A DNA stretch of 64,000 bases from a bacterium (GCA_963663405.2 CAXXSM010000076.1:32001-96000); one strand, 5' to 3'. Positions 33,002 through 44,074 are shown, numbered from the stretch's first letter. The notes: generated by a model from the letters alone, not told the origin. Translations and numbers: made by a program.

Positions 33002-34849
33002 ATGAAGTTCCACTGTCCATCTCCCCATCAATCGAGATACTTATTTCTATTTTCTTTCGTGAGTCTGCTGATGGGCGTCCTGCTTTTCACCGCTCCAAGC
33101 GCCAACGCGGAAGTGCAGGTGACAATATCGGTTGATCAGACGGTCCTGCGCTTGGAGGAAAGTACGCAGCTCACTATCACCATCACGTACGGCAATGACG
33201 ACAATGTCAGTGAACTCAAATTGCCTCCTGTTGAAGGCCTGCAATTCATCCAAGGGGGGACATCCCGCAACTACTCCAGCGTCAATGGTGTCATTTCCTA
33301 CTCGCTCGAAGTCCGCTATCAAGTGATTGCGCTGAAAGAAGGAAAATATAACCTGACCGGCATCGCTGTCCCCACGCCTAAGGGAGACGCGGCCGCCAAA
33401 CCCATCACCGTCACCGTCCTGGGAGCCAACGCGCCGACTCCGACCCCCAATCCCAGATCCCTCCGCGCCCCAGCCAACCGGTATGGCGTGCACTGTCTCT
33501 GCGAAGTCAACAAAGAAGAAGCCTATGTAGGGGAAGAGATTCTCCTTACCTACGGTGTCATGTATCCATACAACCTGCGTTTAAATTTAAATAGCCTGGA
33601 AGACCACCGGGGGCAGTTTGAAGGATTCTGGACAGAAAAATTTGACCTAACGAAGAAACGTCAGCAGACCCGGCGGCAAATCGGCAGCCAGGTTTACATT
33701 GAATATCCGTTGATGCGCTATATGCTTTTTCCTCTGACACCGGGGGAACACACGATTAAACCACTCCCCCTGACCTGCCAGGTTCCAGTAAGCAGCCGCA
33801 GCCGTATGAACTTTATTTTAGGGCGGATGGAAGATCTCACAGTATCATCCGAACCAATAAAGATCAAAGTCAAACCCTTGCCGGAAGAAGGCAAACCTGA
33901 TATTTTCGAAGGGGCGGTCGGGACCTTCAATCTTGACAGCCGCGTCAACACTTCTGAAGTCAAAGAAGGAGATCCTGTCACCCTGACCGTCACTCTCGAA
34001 GGATTTGGCGCCATTCATAATGCGCCCAAACCGGTCCTGCCGGATATCTCGCGCTTCGAAATGTACGATCCGATTAAGAATGAAAACATTGATGTGACCA
34101 TCGACGGCGTTCGGGGGCGGATAGAATATCAATACCCATTAATTCCACACGATATCAAAGCAAACAAAATCGGGCCGGTGCGGTTCGCGTATTTCGATCC
34201 GGAAAAAGAAGAATATGTGACCCTGGAAACCAAACCCATTACCCTGAACATACTTCCATCCCGTCTGGGACCAAGAGGAAGCGGCCCCAGCGGTGTAAAT
34301 CGTCGTTTTATCACGCGGGTGAGTGATGATTTCCGCTTCATCGCCGTCACACCCTTCGCGCTCTCTACGGTCATCTTGCCGCAGCACCAGCGCTCATTCT
34401 ACTGGCTCGTTCTTCTCGCGCCCCTGTTTCTTATATCAGCGGTGTATCTCTGGAAACAAAGGATGGATTTCTTTGCACAAAATCCGGATAAACTGAAAAG
34501 CAAAAAAGCCCCCCGATTGGCGAACCGCCTCTTGTCTACAGCCCGGTCCGCCATCAATGAAGGGAATCCCGGACAAGTCTACGCCGCATTATCTAAAGCG
34601 GTCACGGATTACATCTCTCATCGCTGGAATCTATCCTGCGCTGGATTGACTACTAATGAACTCCGTCATGCGATGCAGAAATGTGGCGTCCCGGAGGATT
34701 GCTGTGAATCCGTCGTGAACGCGCTGGAAGAGTTTGACCGCGCCCGGTTTTCTGGCGACCGCTCGGAAATACCGGAGATGCGCAAGGCCTACCAGCGGAC
34801 GGAAAGCGTTCTTTCCGCCTTAATGAAACAAAAAACGAGAAAGGGATAG
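33002..34849 (+). CDS. batD: BatD-family protein
   Basis: Signal peptide, S.NG, Y.GE, VKPLP..GKP..F.GAVG.F and FAYFDP..Y motifs, TM. Confidence 0.9.
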   Translation: MKFHCPSPHQSRYLFLFSFVSLLMGVLLFTAPSANAEVQVTISVDQTVLRLEESTQLTITITYGNDDNVSELKLPPVEGLQFIQGGTSRNYSSVNGVISYSLEVRYQVIALKEGKYNLTGIAVPTPKGDAAAKPITVTVLGANAPTPTPNPRSLRAPANRYGVHCLCEVNKEEAYVGEEILLTYGVMYPYNLRLNLNSLEDHRGQFEGFWTEKFDLTKKRQQTRRQIGSQVYIEYPLMRYMLFPLTPGEHTIKPLPLTCQVPVSSRSRMNFILGRMEDLTVSSEPIKIKVKPLPEEGKPDIFEGAVGTFNLDSRVNTSEVKEGDPVTLTVTLEGFGAIHNAPKPVLPDISRFEMYDPIKNENIDVTIDGVRGRIEYQYPLIPHDIKANKIGPVRFAYFDPEKEEYVTLETKPITLNILPSRLGPRGSGPSGVNRRFITRVSDDFRFIAVTPFALSTVILPQHQRSFYWLVLLAPLFLISAVYLWKQRMDFFAQNPDKLKSKKAPRLANRLLSTARSAINEGNPGQVYAALSKAVTDYISHRWNLSCAGLTTNELRHAMQKCGVPEDCCESVVNALEEFDRARFSGDRSEIPEMRKAYQRTESVLSALMKQKTRKG

Positions 34850-34851
34850 GG

Positions 34852-35692
34852 ATGCGGAATCGATAATAAAGATAGATACCATCAGGCGAATCGGACGGTT
34901 CGTTTCTATCACCGTTCTTTTCGTCATTCTGTTTGTTTTACCCACTGACGCGCAGCCCAAATATCCCGAAGGCTATTATTCAGGGCTGAACCGGGAGGAA
35001 ATCTTCCAACGGGCGAGTGAATTTTACCGGAACGCCGAACCGGAAAAAGCGCTGAATGGATTTCTCTACTTGGTCGAATTAGGCGTCACAAACGGATACC
35101 TATACTACAATCTCGGTAATACCTACTACCATTGGGAGAAGTGGGAAACGCGATTCTCTGGTACGAACGGGCGAGCCGGTACCTCACACGGTTTGATGAT
35201 CTTCACTATAACTACGAATACGCCCGGAGCAAACTGGCCGACGAAGAATTCCGCCTGCCGGAACCGGGTGGAACTGTAGGCTTCTTTCTCTCGCTGCACA
35301 ACGCGTTGAACTTAAATGAAAGCCTCTGGTTCACGGCGGCGATGTTTTGGATTTTCGCGCTGGTTCTCGCTTGCTGGATCTATGTTCGATCCGAGCAGTG
35401 GAAACGATGGCTTCGAATCCCTTGCTGGATACTAGGCGCCGCTGTTATACTATTTATTTCATCTACGAGTGTGAAACTCTATCAGTATGAATATGTGTCC
35501 ACGGCCATTGTCATGCGGCCGGCTTTGGATGTGAAAACGGGACCCGGTGAAGATTTCTCTACGAATTTCACGCTGCATGAAGGAACCCAAGTTCGCGTCG
35601 TTCAGCGTCAAAACGGCTGGTCACGTATCATCATGCCCGGTAAAGCGTCGTTCACCGGCTGGATTCCAGATTTATCCATCACTGAAGTATAA
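34852..35692 (+). CDS. batE: BatE-like TPR + TM + SH3 protein; frameshifts at about 34855 and 35132 (likely sequencing errors)
   Basis: YYNLGN.YY..G..G.AILWYERA and F.LHEGT.V..GW motifs in two frames. The signal-peptide frame lacks an in-frame start unless a base is added after ATG 34852. Confidence 0.8.
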
Positions 35693-35776
35693 TACGACGT
35701 ATTTTTATATAAGGAAATTAATCATTAATTAATCCTAATTCTATAAATAAAGAACAATCGGAGGAGAAAAGAACAG

Positions 35777-37428
35777 ATGGCTGTTAAGGACTTGCAATTT
35801 GAAGAGGCGGCCCGCCTTGGATTACTTAAAGGAATCGAAAAACTCGCGCGGGCGGTCAAAGTCACCTTGGGTCCCGTGGACGCAATGTCGTCATTGACAA
35901 AAACTTCGGAAGCCCCACGGTCACCAAAGACGGCGTCACCGTGGCCAAAGAGATTGATCTCGAATGCCCCATGCAGAACATGGGCGCCCGTTTGGTCCGT
36001 GAAGTGGCTTCGAAAACAAGCGATCTCGCTGGAGACGGCACCACCACCGCGACGATCCTGACCGAAGCGATCTACAAAAATGGACTAAAAATGGTCGCCG
36101 CCGGGCATCATCCTATGGCCTTGAAGCGGGGGATTGACAAAGCCGTCGACGCCGCCATCGACAAAGTCTACTCCATCGCCAAGCGCGTCAAAGATAAAAG
36201 CGAAGTCGCTCAAGTGGCGTCCATCTCTTCCAATAATGATCCCGAAATCGGCAACCTGATCGCGGAAGCGATGGAAACCGTCGGTCAGGATGGCGTCATC
36301 ACGGTCGAAGAAGGCAAAGGCCTGCAAATGGAACTGGACATGGTCGAAGGAATGCAGTTCGACCGGGGCTATCTCTCTCCCTACTTCGTCACCGATCCCG
36401 AACGGATGGAATGCGTGATGGAGAAACCGCTCATTCTGCTGCATGAAAAGAAACTTTCTTCCTTGAACGACCTGCTTCCTTTGCTCGAAAAAACCCACCA
36501 TAGTGGACGCCCGCTGCTCATCATCGCCGAAGATGTTGAAGGCGAAGCGCTCTCGGCGCTGGTCGTCAACAAAATTCGTGGCGTTCTCAACGTTGCGGCG
36601 ATCAAAGCCCCTGGATTTGGGGATCGGCGGAAAGCCATGCTGATCGACATCGGCATTCTGACCGGCGGCCAGGTGATTTCAGAAGAATTGGGTATTCAAC
36701 TCGAAGGCGTAGACATCAAAGATTTAGGAACCGCGGAAAAAGTCACGATCGACAAAGACCGCATTACGATCATTGAAGGCGGCGGTAAAAAAGCCGATAT
36801 CAAAAACCGCGCCGATCAGCTGCGCCAGATGATTATCGAAACCACGTCCGACTACGACCGGGAAAAATACCAGGAACGGTTGGCGAAACTGGCGGGTGGT
36901 GTGGCGATCATCCGCGTCGGCGCCGCGACGGAAGCCGAAATGAAAGAGAAAAAAGCGCGCGTTGAAGACGCCCTGCACGCCACCCGCGCCGCGATTGAAG
37001 AAGGCATCGTCCCCGGTGGCGGTATCGCTCTCCTGCGCTCTATCAAAGCAATTGAAAAAATGGATTTGGAAGGCGATGAAAAAGTCGGCGCCCAGATCCT
37101 CGCCGCCGCTCTCATTGAACCCGCCAAACAAATCGCTGACAACGCGGGCAAAGAAGGAATGGCGATCGTTGAACGGCTGAAAAAAGAAAAAGTCAATGTC
37201 GGCTTTAACGCCGCCAAAGATGAGATCGAAGATCTGGTCAAAGCGGGTGTCATTGATCCCGCGAAAGTGGCGCGCACAGCGCTTCAAAACGCCGCCAGTA
37301 TCTCCGGCCTGCTCTTGACAACCGACGCGGTTGTCGTTGAAATCCCCGAACCTGAACCCCCCATGCCCGCTGGCGGACCGGGTGGTGGAATGCCGGGTGG
37401 AATGCCGGGCGGTATGCCAATGATGTAA
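35777..37428 (+). CDS. groL: Chaperonin GroEL; -1 frameshift at CCC 35873-35875 (likely sequencing error)
   Basis: AVKVTLGP|[23 protein letters not shown] and GGM tail; GGAGG RBS. Confidence 0.97.
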
Positions 37429-37434
37429 AAAATC

Positions 37435-38811
37435 ATGAACCAATCCACTTTGGATACAGCGAAATCAAACAACAGCCCGTGGACTTACACGGGCTGTTTT
37501 CTTCAACGCCACTGGCTTTTTCTAGTGACGGGATTATTTTTGTTTTTCTGGATCTATCGATCCCACTACTATTCCGGCGACGGCGATCAACTCTCGCGGA
37601 TGGTCGAAGCCGGGCTGTGGATGGTGCAGACCGAACTGACCTCCCAAGCGATCTTTCAACTCTTCTACCAGATTCTCTCCCCCTACGGATGGACCGGTTT
37701 GAATGTGATCAACTTGGTCTCCTGCCTGGCGGGAGCGATGGCGATCGGCGTTTTGATCCGCTTCAACCGGGATTTTATACGAGTGGATATACTCTGGCCG
37801 CTGGGACTGTTCTTCTCCTCCGGTTTCTTTCTTTTCTGCAATGGACACACGGAATATTACACGCTCTTTTTAGCGACCCTATTCTATTATGGATACGCGG
37901 GTGTGAGTTACCTGCGTGGAACTGGCTCCCTGTTTCACGCCGCTTTTGCCTATTCCACCGCCGTCTGGATGCATTTAGGAATTCTCTTTGCGTTTCCATC
38001 CCTGCTGCTTCTTCTCGTTCTTAAATGGAACCAAAAGGAACTTCCCGGATTTTTTTACGGCCTGCTGTTCCTCGTAGCGGCGTTTTTTATGAAAGAGTAT
38101 TACTATCTGCTAGGGGTTGAAGTGCAGGGCCTGTCTCCCTCGAATAATTACATTCCACTCTTCCACGATCCCAGTGGGGAACGCTTTTATACAATGTTCG
38201 AATGGGGACACTTGGCGGATATCATCTACGCCTGGCTCGCTCGATCGTGGATTTTCTGGCCCGCCATCCTATGGGGAATCTCGCTGGAGGGGATACGGAG
38301 CGTTTGCAAGCCGGAACGTCTCTTCCTGTTTGCGTACACGCTCTGTTTCACTGGATTTACACTGGTCTGGCATCCAAATCTAGGCATCCATCAGGATTGG
38401 GATCTTTTCGCGATCGAAGCGGCGCCATGCCTTCTGCTTCTGTTAACCTATCTTCCTACAATACTGCGAAATTCCTTCCGCCGCCGCGCGCTCGCCGCGC
38501 CGGTGATCGCTTCCATTCTTATCATGTTCGCCAGCGTCAAGAACGAAGCCCACTTTGAACGGCGCAACTATGGTTCCTTGCAGATCGATCTTTCCCAGCC
38601 GGTCGAAACGAGCGTAACGCTGAACGGTCATATGAAAAGCGAATCGATCTCTTCATTGCGTGAGGGAGTCTATAGTGTCAAAGCGATTGACACCGATCAT
38701 TTCCGCGTGCATGACTTCTACGTCTGGATCGTGCCGGATCGTGAAACCGTAGTTCCACTCCAGACCGGCCCTGAGGAAGGGAGAGGACGGCCCGCCTCCC
38801 GATTTCACTAA
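37435..38811 (+). CDS. Multi-pass membrane protein, possibly GT-C-like
   Basis: About 10 hydrophobic segments with acidic loop motifs GDGD, EYY and DWDLF; starts 6 nt after the groEL stop. Confidence 0.55.
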   Translation: MNQSTLDTAKSNNSPWTYTGCFLQRHWLFLVTGLFLFFWIYRSHYYSGDGDQLSRMVEAGLWMVQTELTSQAIFQLFYQILSPYGWTGLNVINLVSCLAGAMAIGVLIRFNRDFIRVDILWPLGLFFSSGFFLFCNGHTEYYTLFLATLFYYGYAGVSYLRGTGSLFHAAFAYSTAVWMHLGILFAFPSLLLLLVLKWNQKELPGFFYGLLFLVAAFFMKEYYYLLGVEVQGLSPSNNYIPLFHDPSGERFYTMFEWGHLADIIYAWLARSWIFWPAILWGISLEGIRSVCKPERLFLFAYTLCFTGFTLVWHPNLGIHQDWDLFAIEAAPCLLLLLTYLPTILRNSFRRRALAAPVIASILIMFASVKNEAHFERRNYGSLQIDLSQPVETSVTLNGHMKSESISSLREGVYSVKAIDTDHFRVHDFYVWIVPDRETVVPLQTGPEEGRGRPASRFH

Positions 38812-38982
38812 TCCTATCGAAATCCACCGCGTTAGGCAAAAGTTAGCCAGTTTGTCCGTTCGAAGCGCTTTGTTTCCGCCCATTCCTGCCTTACAATGGT
38901 ATCGGTTGTTTTTGGATTCATTGAATACAACATCTTACATTAAGAAGAAGATTCCCCAATATTGGGATGTATAGGAGTGAGA

Positions 38983-40002
38983 ATGATGAAAATATTCACA
39001 GTAAAAAATTCACTGGTGATGCTGATCTCTTTATTCATGCTGACTGTCTTTTGGAGCTGCGGCGGTTCCTCCGATGATACGGGCGGCAAAGAGACAAAAG
39101 CGGAAGCGAAATATACGATCGGCGTAATTCCCAAAGGCACGGCGCATGTCTTCTGGCTCTCCATTCACGCCGGAGCGCGTACCGCGGGGAAAGAATTCGG
39201 GGCGGAAATCATTTGGAACGGCCCCCAAACCGAAACCATGAAAAACCAGCAGATCGAGATCGTCCAGGATTTCATCGTCAAGAAAGTCGACGGCATCGTT
39301 CTCGCTCCCCAAGATGAAAACGCTCTCGCGCAGGTCGTCGAATCCGTCGCGCAGGCCCGGATTCCCTGCGTGATTATCGATTCCGGCATCAATACAGATC
39401 AATACGTTAGTTTCGTCGCCACGGATAATTATCTGGGTGGAGTCACCGCCGCCAAAGAGATGGCGCGTCTCCTCAATAACAAAGGCACGGTCATCGTCAC
39501 CAAAGTCGATCCCGGCAGCGCGTCCACCAACGCAAGAGAAAAAGGCTTCGAAGACACATTGCGAAAAGATTTCCCCGATGTCAAAATCATCGATTCACAA
39601 TACGGCTACAGCGACCGCGACAAATCACGCTCCGCCACTGAAGATATGCTTACTGTTCATCCTGATGTGAACGCCATCTTCGGCCCGAATGAAAGCAGCA
39701 CCCACGGCGCCCTGATGGCCCTTCGCGGCCTCAACTTGGCGGGTAAGAAAATCTTCGTCGGATTCGACTCATCCAAAGACCTCGTAGAAGCGCTCGAAAA
39801 GAAAGAAATCAACGCCCTGGTTCTCCAAAATCCATTCAACATGGGCTACGAAGGCGTCAAAACAATCGTGGACCATCTGGAAGGTAAAGAAGTCAGCAAA
39901 CGAATCGACACGGGTGTCTATCTCGTCACGCCGGATAATATGAACCAACCGGAAATGCAAAAACTGCTTTCCCCGGATCTATCAATTCTCCAGGAGGGAT
40001 GA
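38983..40002 (+). CDS. Sugar ABC transporter substrate-binding lipoprotein (RbsB-like)
   Basis: Lipobox WSC, IPKGT.H.FW, VATDNY.GG, VGFD and QNP..MGY motifs. Confidence 0.93.
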   Translation: MMKIFTVKNSLVMLISLFMLTVFWSCGGSSDDTGGKETKAEAKYTIGVIPKGTAHVFWLSIHAGARTAGKEFGAEIIWNGPQTETMKNQQIEIVQDFIVKKVDGIVLAPQDENALAQVVESVAQARIPCVIIDSGINTDQYVSFVATDNYLGGVTAAKEMARLLNNKGTVIVTKVDPGSASTNAREKGFEDTLRKDFPDVKIIDSQYGYSDRDKSRSATEDMLTVHPDVNAIFGPNESSTHGALMALRGLNLAGKKIFVGFDSSKDLVEALEKKEINALVLQNPFNMGYEGVKTIVDHLEGKEVSKRIDTGVYLVTPDNMNQPEMQKLLSPDLSILQEG

Positions 40003-40128
40003 AACGGAACTAAGCATAGATCTATTACTTTATAAAAAACTCCACGGTTAAGATATGCATCATATTCAATGCACTCGTAAGTTTCATCTTACACGCGCTT
40101 TATTACTGATTAATGGGGAGGGATACGC

Positions 40129-41643
40129 TTGACTGATTCCCTTCTTTGTATGCGGAACATCCATAAAACCTTCGGCGCGACACGCGCTCTTATTGGCGTC
40201 GATCTGGAGGTAAAACCCGGCCAGGTGCATGTTCTCGTAGGAGAAAATGGGGCCGGAAAAAGCACATTGATGAAGGTCCTGACAGGCGTGCACCAGCCTG
40301 ATGAAGGGGAGATCCTGTTTTTAGGAAAACCGTTCAAGGCTTTCCATCCCAAGCAGGCCCTCATGGCCGGGATCGCCATGATCTACCAGGAATTCAACCT
40401 GGCGCTCCACCTCCCCGTTCATTCCAATATCTTTCTCGGCCATGAAGAATCCTCTCGTGGAATCGTGAAAGCGCGGGAACAGCGCGAACGCGCCAAGGAG
40501 ATTTTCCAACGCCTCGATTCCGATATCGATCCCGATATCCCCGTCAATCATTTAGGCGTCGCCCAGCGGCAACTCGTCGAAATCGCCCGCGCGCTCAGCG
40601 TCGACGCGAAGCTGATCGTCATGGATGAACCAACCGCCGCCCTCTCTGAAAAAGAGACCAAGAAACTCTTCGAAGCGATTCGCTCATTGCAAAAGACCGG
40701 TGTCGGGATCATTTACATCTCCCATTATCTGGAAGAATTCGGCGAGATCGGCGATGTCTTCACCGTTCTGCGCGACGGCGAACGGGTGGGATACGGCGAA
40801 ATGGCGTCCATAACGCCTGACGACCTGATTCAAATGATGGTGGGCCGCACCATCGACGATCTCTACCCGCGCACACCCCACACATTTGGCGAAACGATCT
40901 TCTCCGTCCGGAACCTCAACAGCGCCAACGGCACGCGGAATGTGGATCTGGAAGTGCGGGCGGGCGAGATCGTGGGAGTCGCCGGATTGGTCGGCGCAGG
41001 GCGGACAGAAATGATGCGGGCGCTCTTCGGCCTCGATCCAGGGCATATGGATGATCTAAACGTCGCAGGTGTCACCGTGCTTCCACCGACGCCAAGAAAA
41101 CTTCTCCAGAACCAAGCTGGACTCTTAAGCGAAGACCGCGCCGGCGAGGGCTTAGCCCAGGATATGACCATCGCCGTCAATATCACGCTCTCCATCCCGG
41201 AAAAAGTCAGCCGCTATGGAGTGCTTTCACTTGATAAAATCCGCGCTATCTCCTCCGATCTCATTCAGCGTGTGGGGATCAAGGCGGAATCGGGCGATCA
41301 GAAAGTCAATCAACTGTCGGGTGGCAATCAGCAGAAAGTCGCGCTCGCCCGTCTGCTTGGAGCCGGGATCAAAGCCATGCTGCTAGACGAGCCGACACGG
41401 GGCGTGGATGTTGGCTCAAAAGTCGAGATCTACCGTTTGATCGACGCTCTCGCCAACGAACAGAACGGCCTCGTCATGGTATCCAGTTACCTGCCCGAAT
41501 TGTTTGGGATGTGTGATTCACTTTATGTGATGTCCCGTGGACGCCTAAGCCGCAAATACGCCATCGACGAAATCAACGAAGACGGCGTAATGGTCCTGGC
41601 GACGGGATTGTCAGTTGATTTGGAAATAAAGACCGGTTCGTGA
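40129..41643 (+). CDS. Sugar ABC transporter ATP-binding protein (RbsA-like, two ATPase domains)
   Basis: GENGAGKST, MDEPT, LSGGNQQKV and DEPTRGVDVG. Confidence 0.95.
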   Translation: MTDSLLCMRNIHKTFGATRALIGVDLEVKPGQVHVLVGENGAGKSTLMKVLTGVHQPDEGEILFLGKPFKAFHPKQALMAGIAMIYQEFNLALHLPVHSNIFLGHEESSRGIVKAREQRERAKEIFQRLDSDIDPDIPVNHLGVAQRQLVEIARALSVDAKLIVMDEPTAALSEKETKKLFEAIRSLQKTGVGIIYISHYLEEFGEIGDVFTVLRDGERVGYGEMASITPDDLIQMMVGRTIDDLYPRTPHTFGETIFSVRNLNSANGTRNVDLEVRAGEIVGVAGLVGAGRTEMMRALFGLDPGHMDDLNVAGVTVLPPTPRKLLQNQAGLLSEDRAGEGLAQDMTIAVNITLSIPEKVSRYGVLSLDKIRAISSDLIQRVGIKAESGDQKVNQLSGGNQQKVALARLLGAGIKAMLLDEPTRGVDVGSKVEIYRLIDALANEQNGLVMVSSYLPELFGMCDSLYVMSRGRLSRKYAIDEINEDGVMVLATGLSVDLEIKTGS

Positions 41644-41723
41644 TGTAATACGATCGATCCATTCGTGGATTTCTTTGCCTCTTCCGGTCTGTATGTTTTG
41701 TCAATCGATCACTGAGGAACAAT

Positions 41724-43136
41724 ATGTGGAAAGACGCTTCTAAGAAAATGCTGTTGCTGTCCGGGAAAATCGGCCCGGTCTTCGCTCTGATTCTTGTCAT
41801 CGCGATTTTTGGTTCCATTGAACCGGGGAAATTTTTCAGCTTTCAAAATTTCAGCAATGTGGCTGGACAGACCGCCGTCATCGCGATCGCGGCGATCGGA
41901 ATGACATTCGTCATCGTCAGCGCCGGGATCGATCTCTCCGTTGGCTCGCTCGTAGCTCTCGCAGGCGTTTACGCGACGATGATCATGTCGTCCGATCATC
42001 TTATGTCTCTTGATTATCTTGGGAAATATCTCAACAGTAGCAGCGCGCTGTCATTAGGAATTTTCGTGGGATTGTTAACCGGCGCGGTATGCGGCTTAAT
42101 TAGTGGTGTGGTAATCACGCGCGGCAAACTGGCGCCCTTTATCGTCACGCTGGGGATGATGGAAATCCTCCGCGGCGTCGCGCTCCAATCCGCCGGGGGG
42201 CTTCCCGTAACGAATCTACCCAACAATTTCAGTAAAATCGGCAACGCGGTCTGGTCGATCACGATCAGCCGCAGCCTTGAATTCTCCGAGGATGAACTCA
42301 ATTTTACCGCCCTCTCCAACCGGTTCCGGGATGGAACCGATCCCGCCGCCCAATGCGTCCGGGCGAATTTATCCGATGAAACCAAGACAATGCTGGAGGA
42401 ATATAAAGACGCGCGAGAAATCCCCGATGAGTTGAAAGAGAGTCTAGTTAAAGACCTGAACGCATTCATCCGTTCCGGCCCCATCTATACACCGGAACGC
42501 TTCGAGAACTCCCCCCTGTCCGATCGATTGATGTACAGGATAAACAAAAATCCACAGGGCAATAATCTGATTCATCTTAATCGCCTGATTCTCGAAGACG
42601 CCTACCCGAACTTCATCGAGAAGGGGGACATGATCCTTTTGATCCCTTACCCGCTGTTCATTCTGATCCCACTGGCCTTCCTCGCGGGATTTGTGTTGAA
42701 ATACACAGTCTTCGGAGTGCAGGTCTACGCGGTTGGTTCGAACGAACAAACCGCGCAGCTCTGCGGGGTGAACGTCAACCGGGTGAAAGTGTTGGTCTAC
42801 ATCATTGGAGGGGTAACGGCGGGATTGGCGGGGATCATTCACGCGTCCCGCTTGAACACGGGCCAACCGTCTGAAGCGTTGGGGATGGAATTGGAGGTCA
42901 TCGCAGCGGTCGTCATCGGCGGCGGTAGTTTGATGGGCGGGGAAGGAACGATCCTCGGATCCATCATGGGCGCGTTCATCATTAAATTCCTCCGCAACGG
43001 ATGCAATATCGTAGGCGTCTCCTCCTTCGTCCAACGAATCGTAATCGGCCTCATCATCATCGTCGCCGTCTACATCGATCAACTGAGAAGAAAATCCTTA
43101 GCGCAACAGACAACCGCGAAAGAGACGGAAGACTGA
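41724..43136 (+). CDS. Sugar ABC permease (RbsC-like) with a soluble insertion of about 120 aa
   Basis: GIDLSVGS, PFIVTLG, YAVGSN..A..G and ELEVIAAVVIGG motifs; 470 aa, longer than usual. Confidence 0.93.
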   Translation: MWKDASKKMLLLSGKIGPVFALILVIAIFGSIEPGKFFSFQNFSNVAGQTAVIAIAAIGMTFVIVSAGIDLSVGSLVALAGVYATMIMSSDHLMSLDYLGKYLNSSSALSLGIFVGLLTGAVCGLISGVVITRGKLAPFIVTLGMMEILRGVALQSAGGLPVTNLPNNFSKIGNAVWSITISRSLEFSEDELNFTALSNRFRDGTDPAAQCVRANLSDETKTMLEEYKDAREIPDELKESLVKDLNAFIRSGPIYTPERFENSPLSDRLMYRINKNPQGNNLIHLNRLILEDAYPNFIEKGDMILLIPYPLFILIPLAFLAGFVLKYTVFGVQVYAVGSNEQTAQLCGVNVNRVKVLVYIIGGVTAGLAGIIHASRLNTGQPSEALGMELEVIAAVVIGGGSLMGGEGTILGSIMGAFIIKFLRNGCNIVGVSSFVQRIVIGLIIIVAVYIDQLRRKSLAQQTTAKETED

Positions 43137-43137
43137 T
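43011..43137 (+). repeat. Direct repeat copy 1 (3' end of permease gene)
   Basis: 127 bp, matches 44075-44201 with one mismatch. Confidence 0.95.
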
Positions 43138-43253
43138 TTCCACCTCGTATATATGGGTGGCGGGTAAGAACCGGCGTTTACCCCGGAGTATTTACTTTTT
43201 TTGCCCTTGTTGAGAGATACCATCTGTTCGTCTGAACGAAGATAAAAATGTAC

Positions 43254-43282
43254 TTGATAACATATGTATTATTGGCCATAAT
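43254..43282 (+). promoter_or_regulatory. Putative sigma70 promoter of the TA operon (probably leaderless mRNA)
   Basis: TTGATA-17 bp-CATAAT ending 5 nt before ATG 43288; no SD sequence. Confidence 0.55.
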
Positions 43283-43287
43283 TAGAT

Positions 43288-43647
43288 ATGGTATGGGACG
43301 TTATCTTCTTCTCAGAGTTTGTGGATGAGTTCGACAAATTCTCGGACTCCGTCCAAAATGAAATTCTAGCGCACGCGCATTTGCTTGAAGAATTCGGACC
43401 TATGTTGGGCAGACCACGAGTGGATACGCTGAAAGGATCACGTCACTCCAATATGAAGGAATTGCGATTCAATGCAAACAAAGGAGTATGGCGCGCCGCG
43501 TTTGCCTTTGATCCGAAGAGGCGGGCAATCATTTTGTTGGCTGGAGATAAGTCTGGTGTCAGCGAAAAGAGATTTTACAAACAGTTGATTCAAAAAGCTG
43601 ATAGTCGCTTTGATTGTCATTTGGAACAACTGAATCAAGAAGGGTAA
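43288..43647 (+). CDS. Type II toxin, RelE/ParE superfamily (HigB/Gp49-like)
   Basis: GP.LGRP.VDTLKGS.H.NMKELR and FAFDP.R.AI.L.AGDK...FY motifs. Confidence 0.92.
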   Translation: MVWDVIFFSEFVDEFDKFSDSVQNEILAHAHLLEEFGPMLGRPRVDTLKGSRHSNMKELRFNANKGVWRAAFAFDPKRRAIILLAGDKSGVSEKRFYKQLIQKADSRFDCHLEQLNQEG

Positions 43648-43651
43648 ACAA

Positions 43652-43996
43652 ATGCCTGTAACATTGGAAGATAAAATGAACCAACTCAGTCCTGAGCGCC
43701 GGAAGAAAGTGGAAGAACGGGCGGCTGAACTCATTGCGGAAGAGATGACCCTGCGCGATCTGCGGCGCGCTCATCAATTGACTCAAGAGCGCATAGCGGA
43801 ATCTTTGGGGATCGGTCAGGATGGTGTCTCGCGTCTGGAAAAACGGAGCGATTTGCTAATCTCCACACTGCGCGGCTATATTGAAGCAATGGGAGGCCGC
43901 TTACGTCTGATGGCGGAATTCCCAAACCGGCCAGCCGTCACAATCGGGGGAATTTCAGAAATGGAGAATGAGATAGAAAATCAGGAAACGAGTTAA
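43652..43996 (+). CDS. XRE-HTH antitoxin (HigA-like)
   Basis: L.DLR...LTQ..A..LGI.Q..VSRLEKRSD..ISTLR.YIEAMGG.L motif; directly downstream of the toxin. Confidence 0.92.
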   Translation: MPVTLEDKMNQLSPERRKKVEERAAELIAEEMTLRDLRRAHQLTQERIAESLGIGQDGVSRLEKRSDLLISTLRGYIEAMGGRLRLMAEFPNRPAVTIGGISEMENEIENQETS

Positions 43997-44074
43997 TGAA
44001 CAAAGACTGTTATCTCTTTGCCTTTGAATCCCTATCAATAAAGCCACATGTCATCCACGCACGCGCCCAGAGAA

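Noticed and set aside
32276-33031. 251-aa Leu-rich minus-strand ORF, and other antisense ORFs over dnaK, groEL and the permease
   Set aside because: Antisense mirror of poly-Gln or biased codon usage in real genes.
42264-42630. Permease insertion as an intein
   Set aside because: No Cys/Ser start with His-Asn end and no splicing blocks seen.
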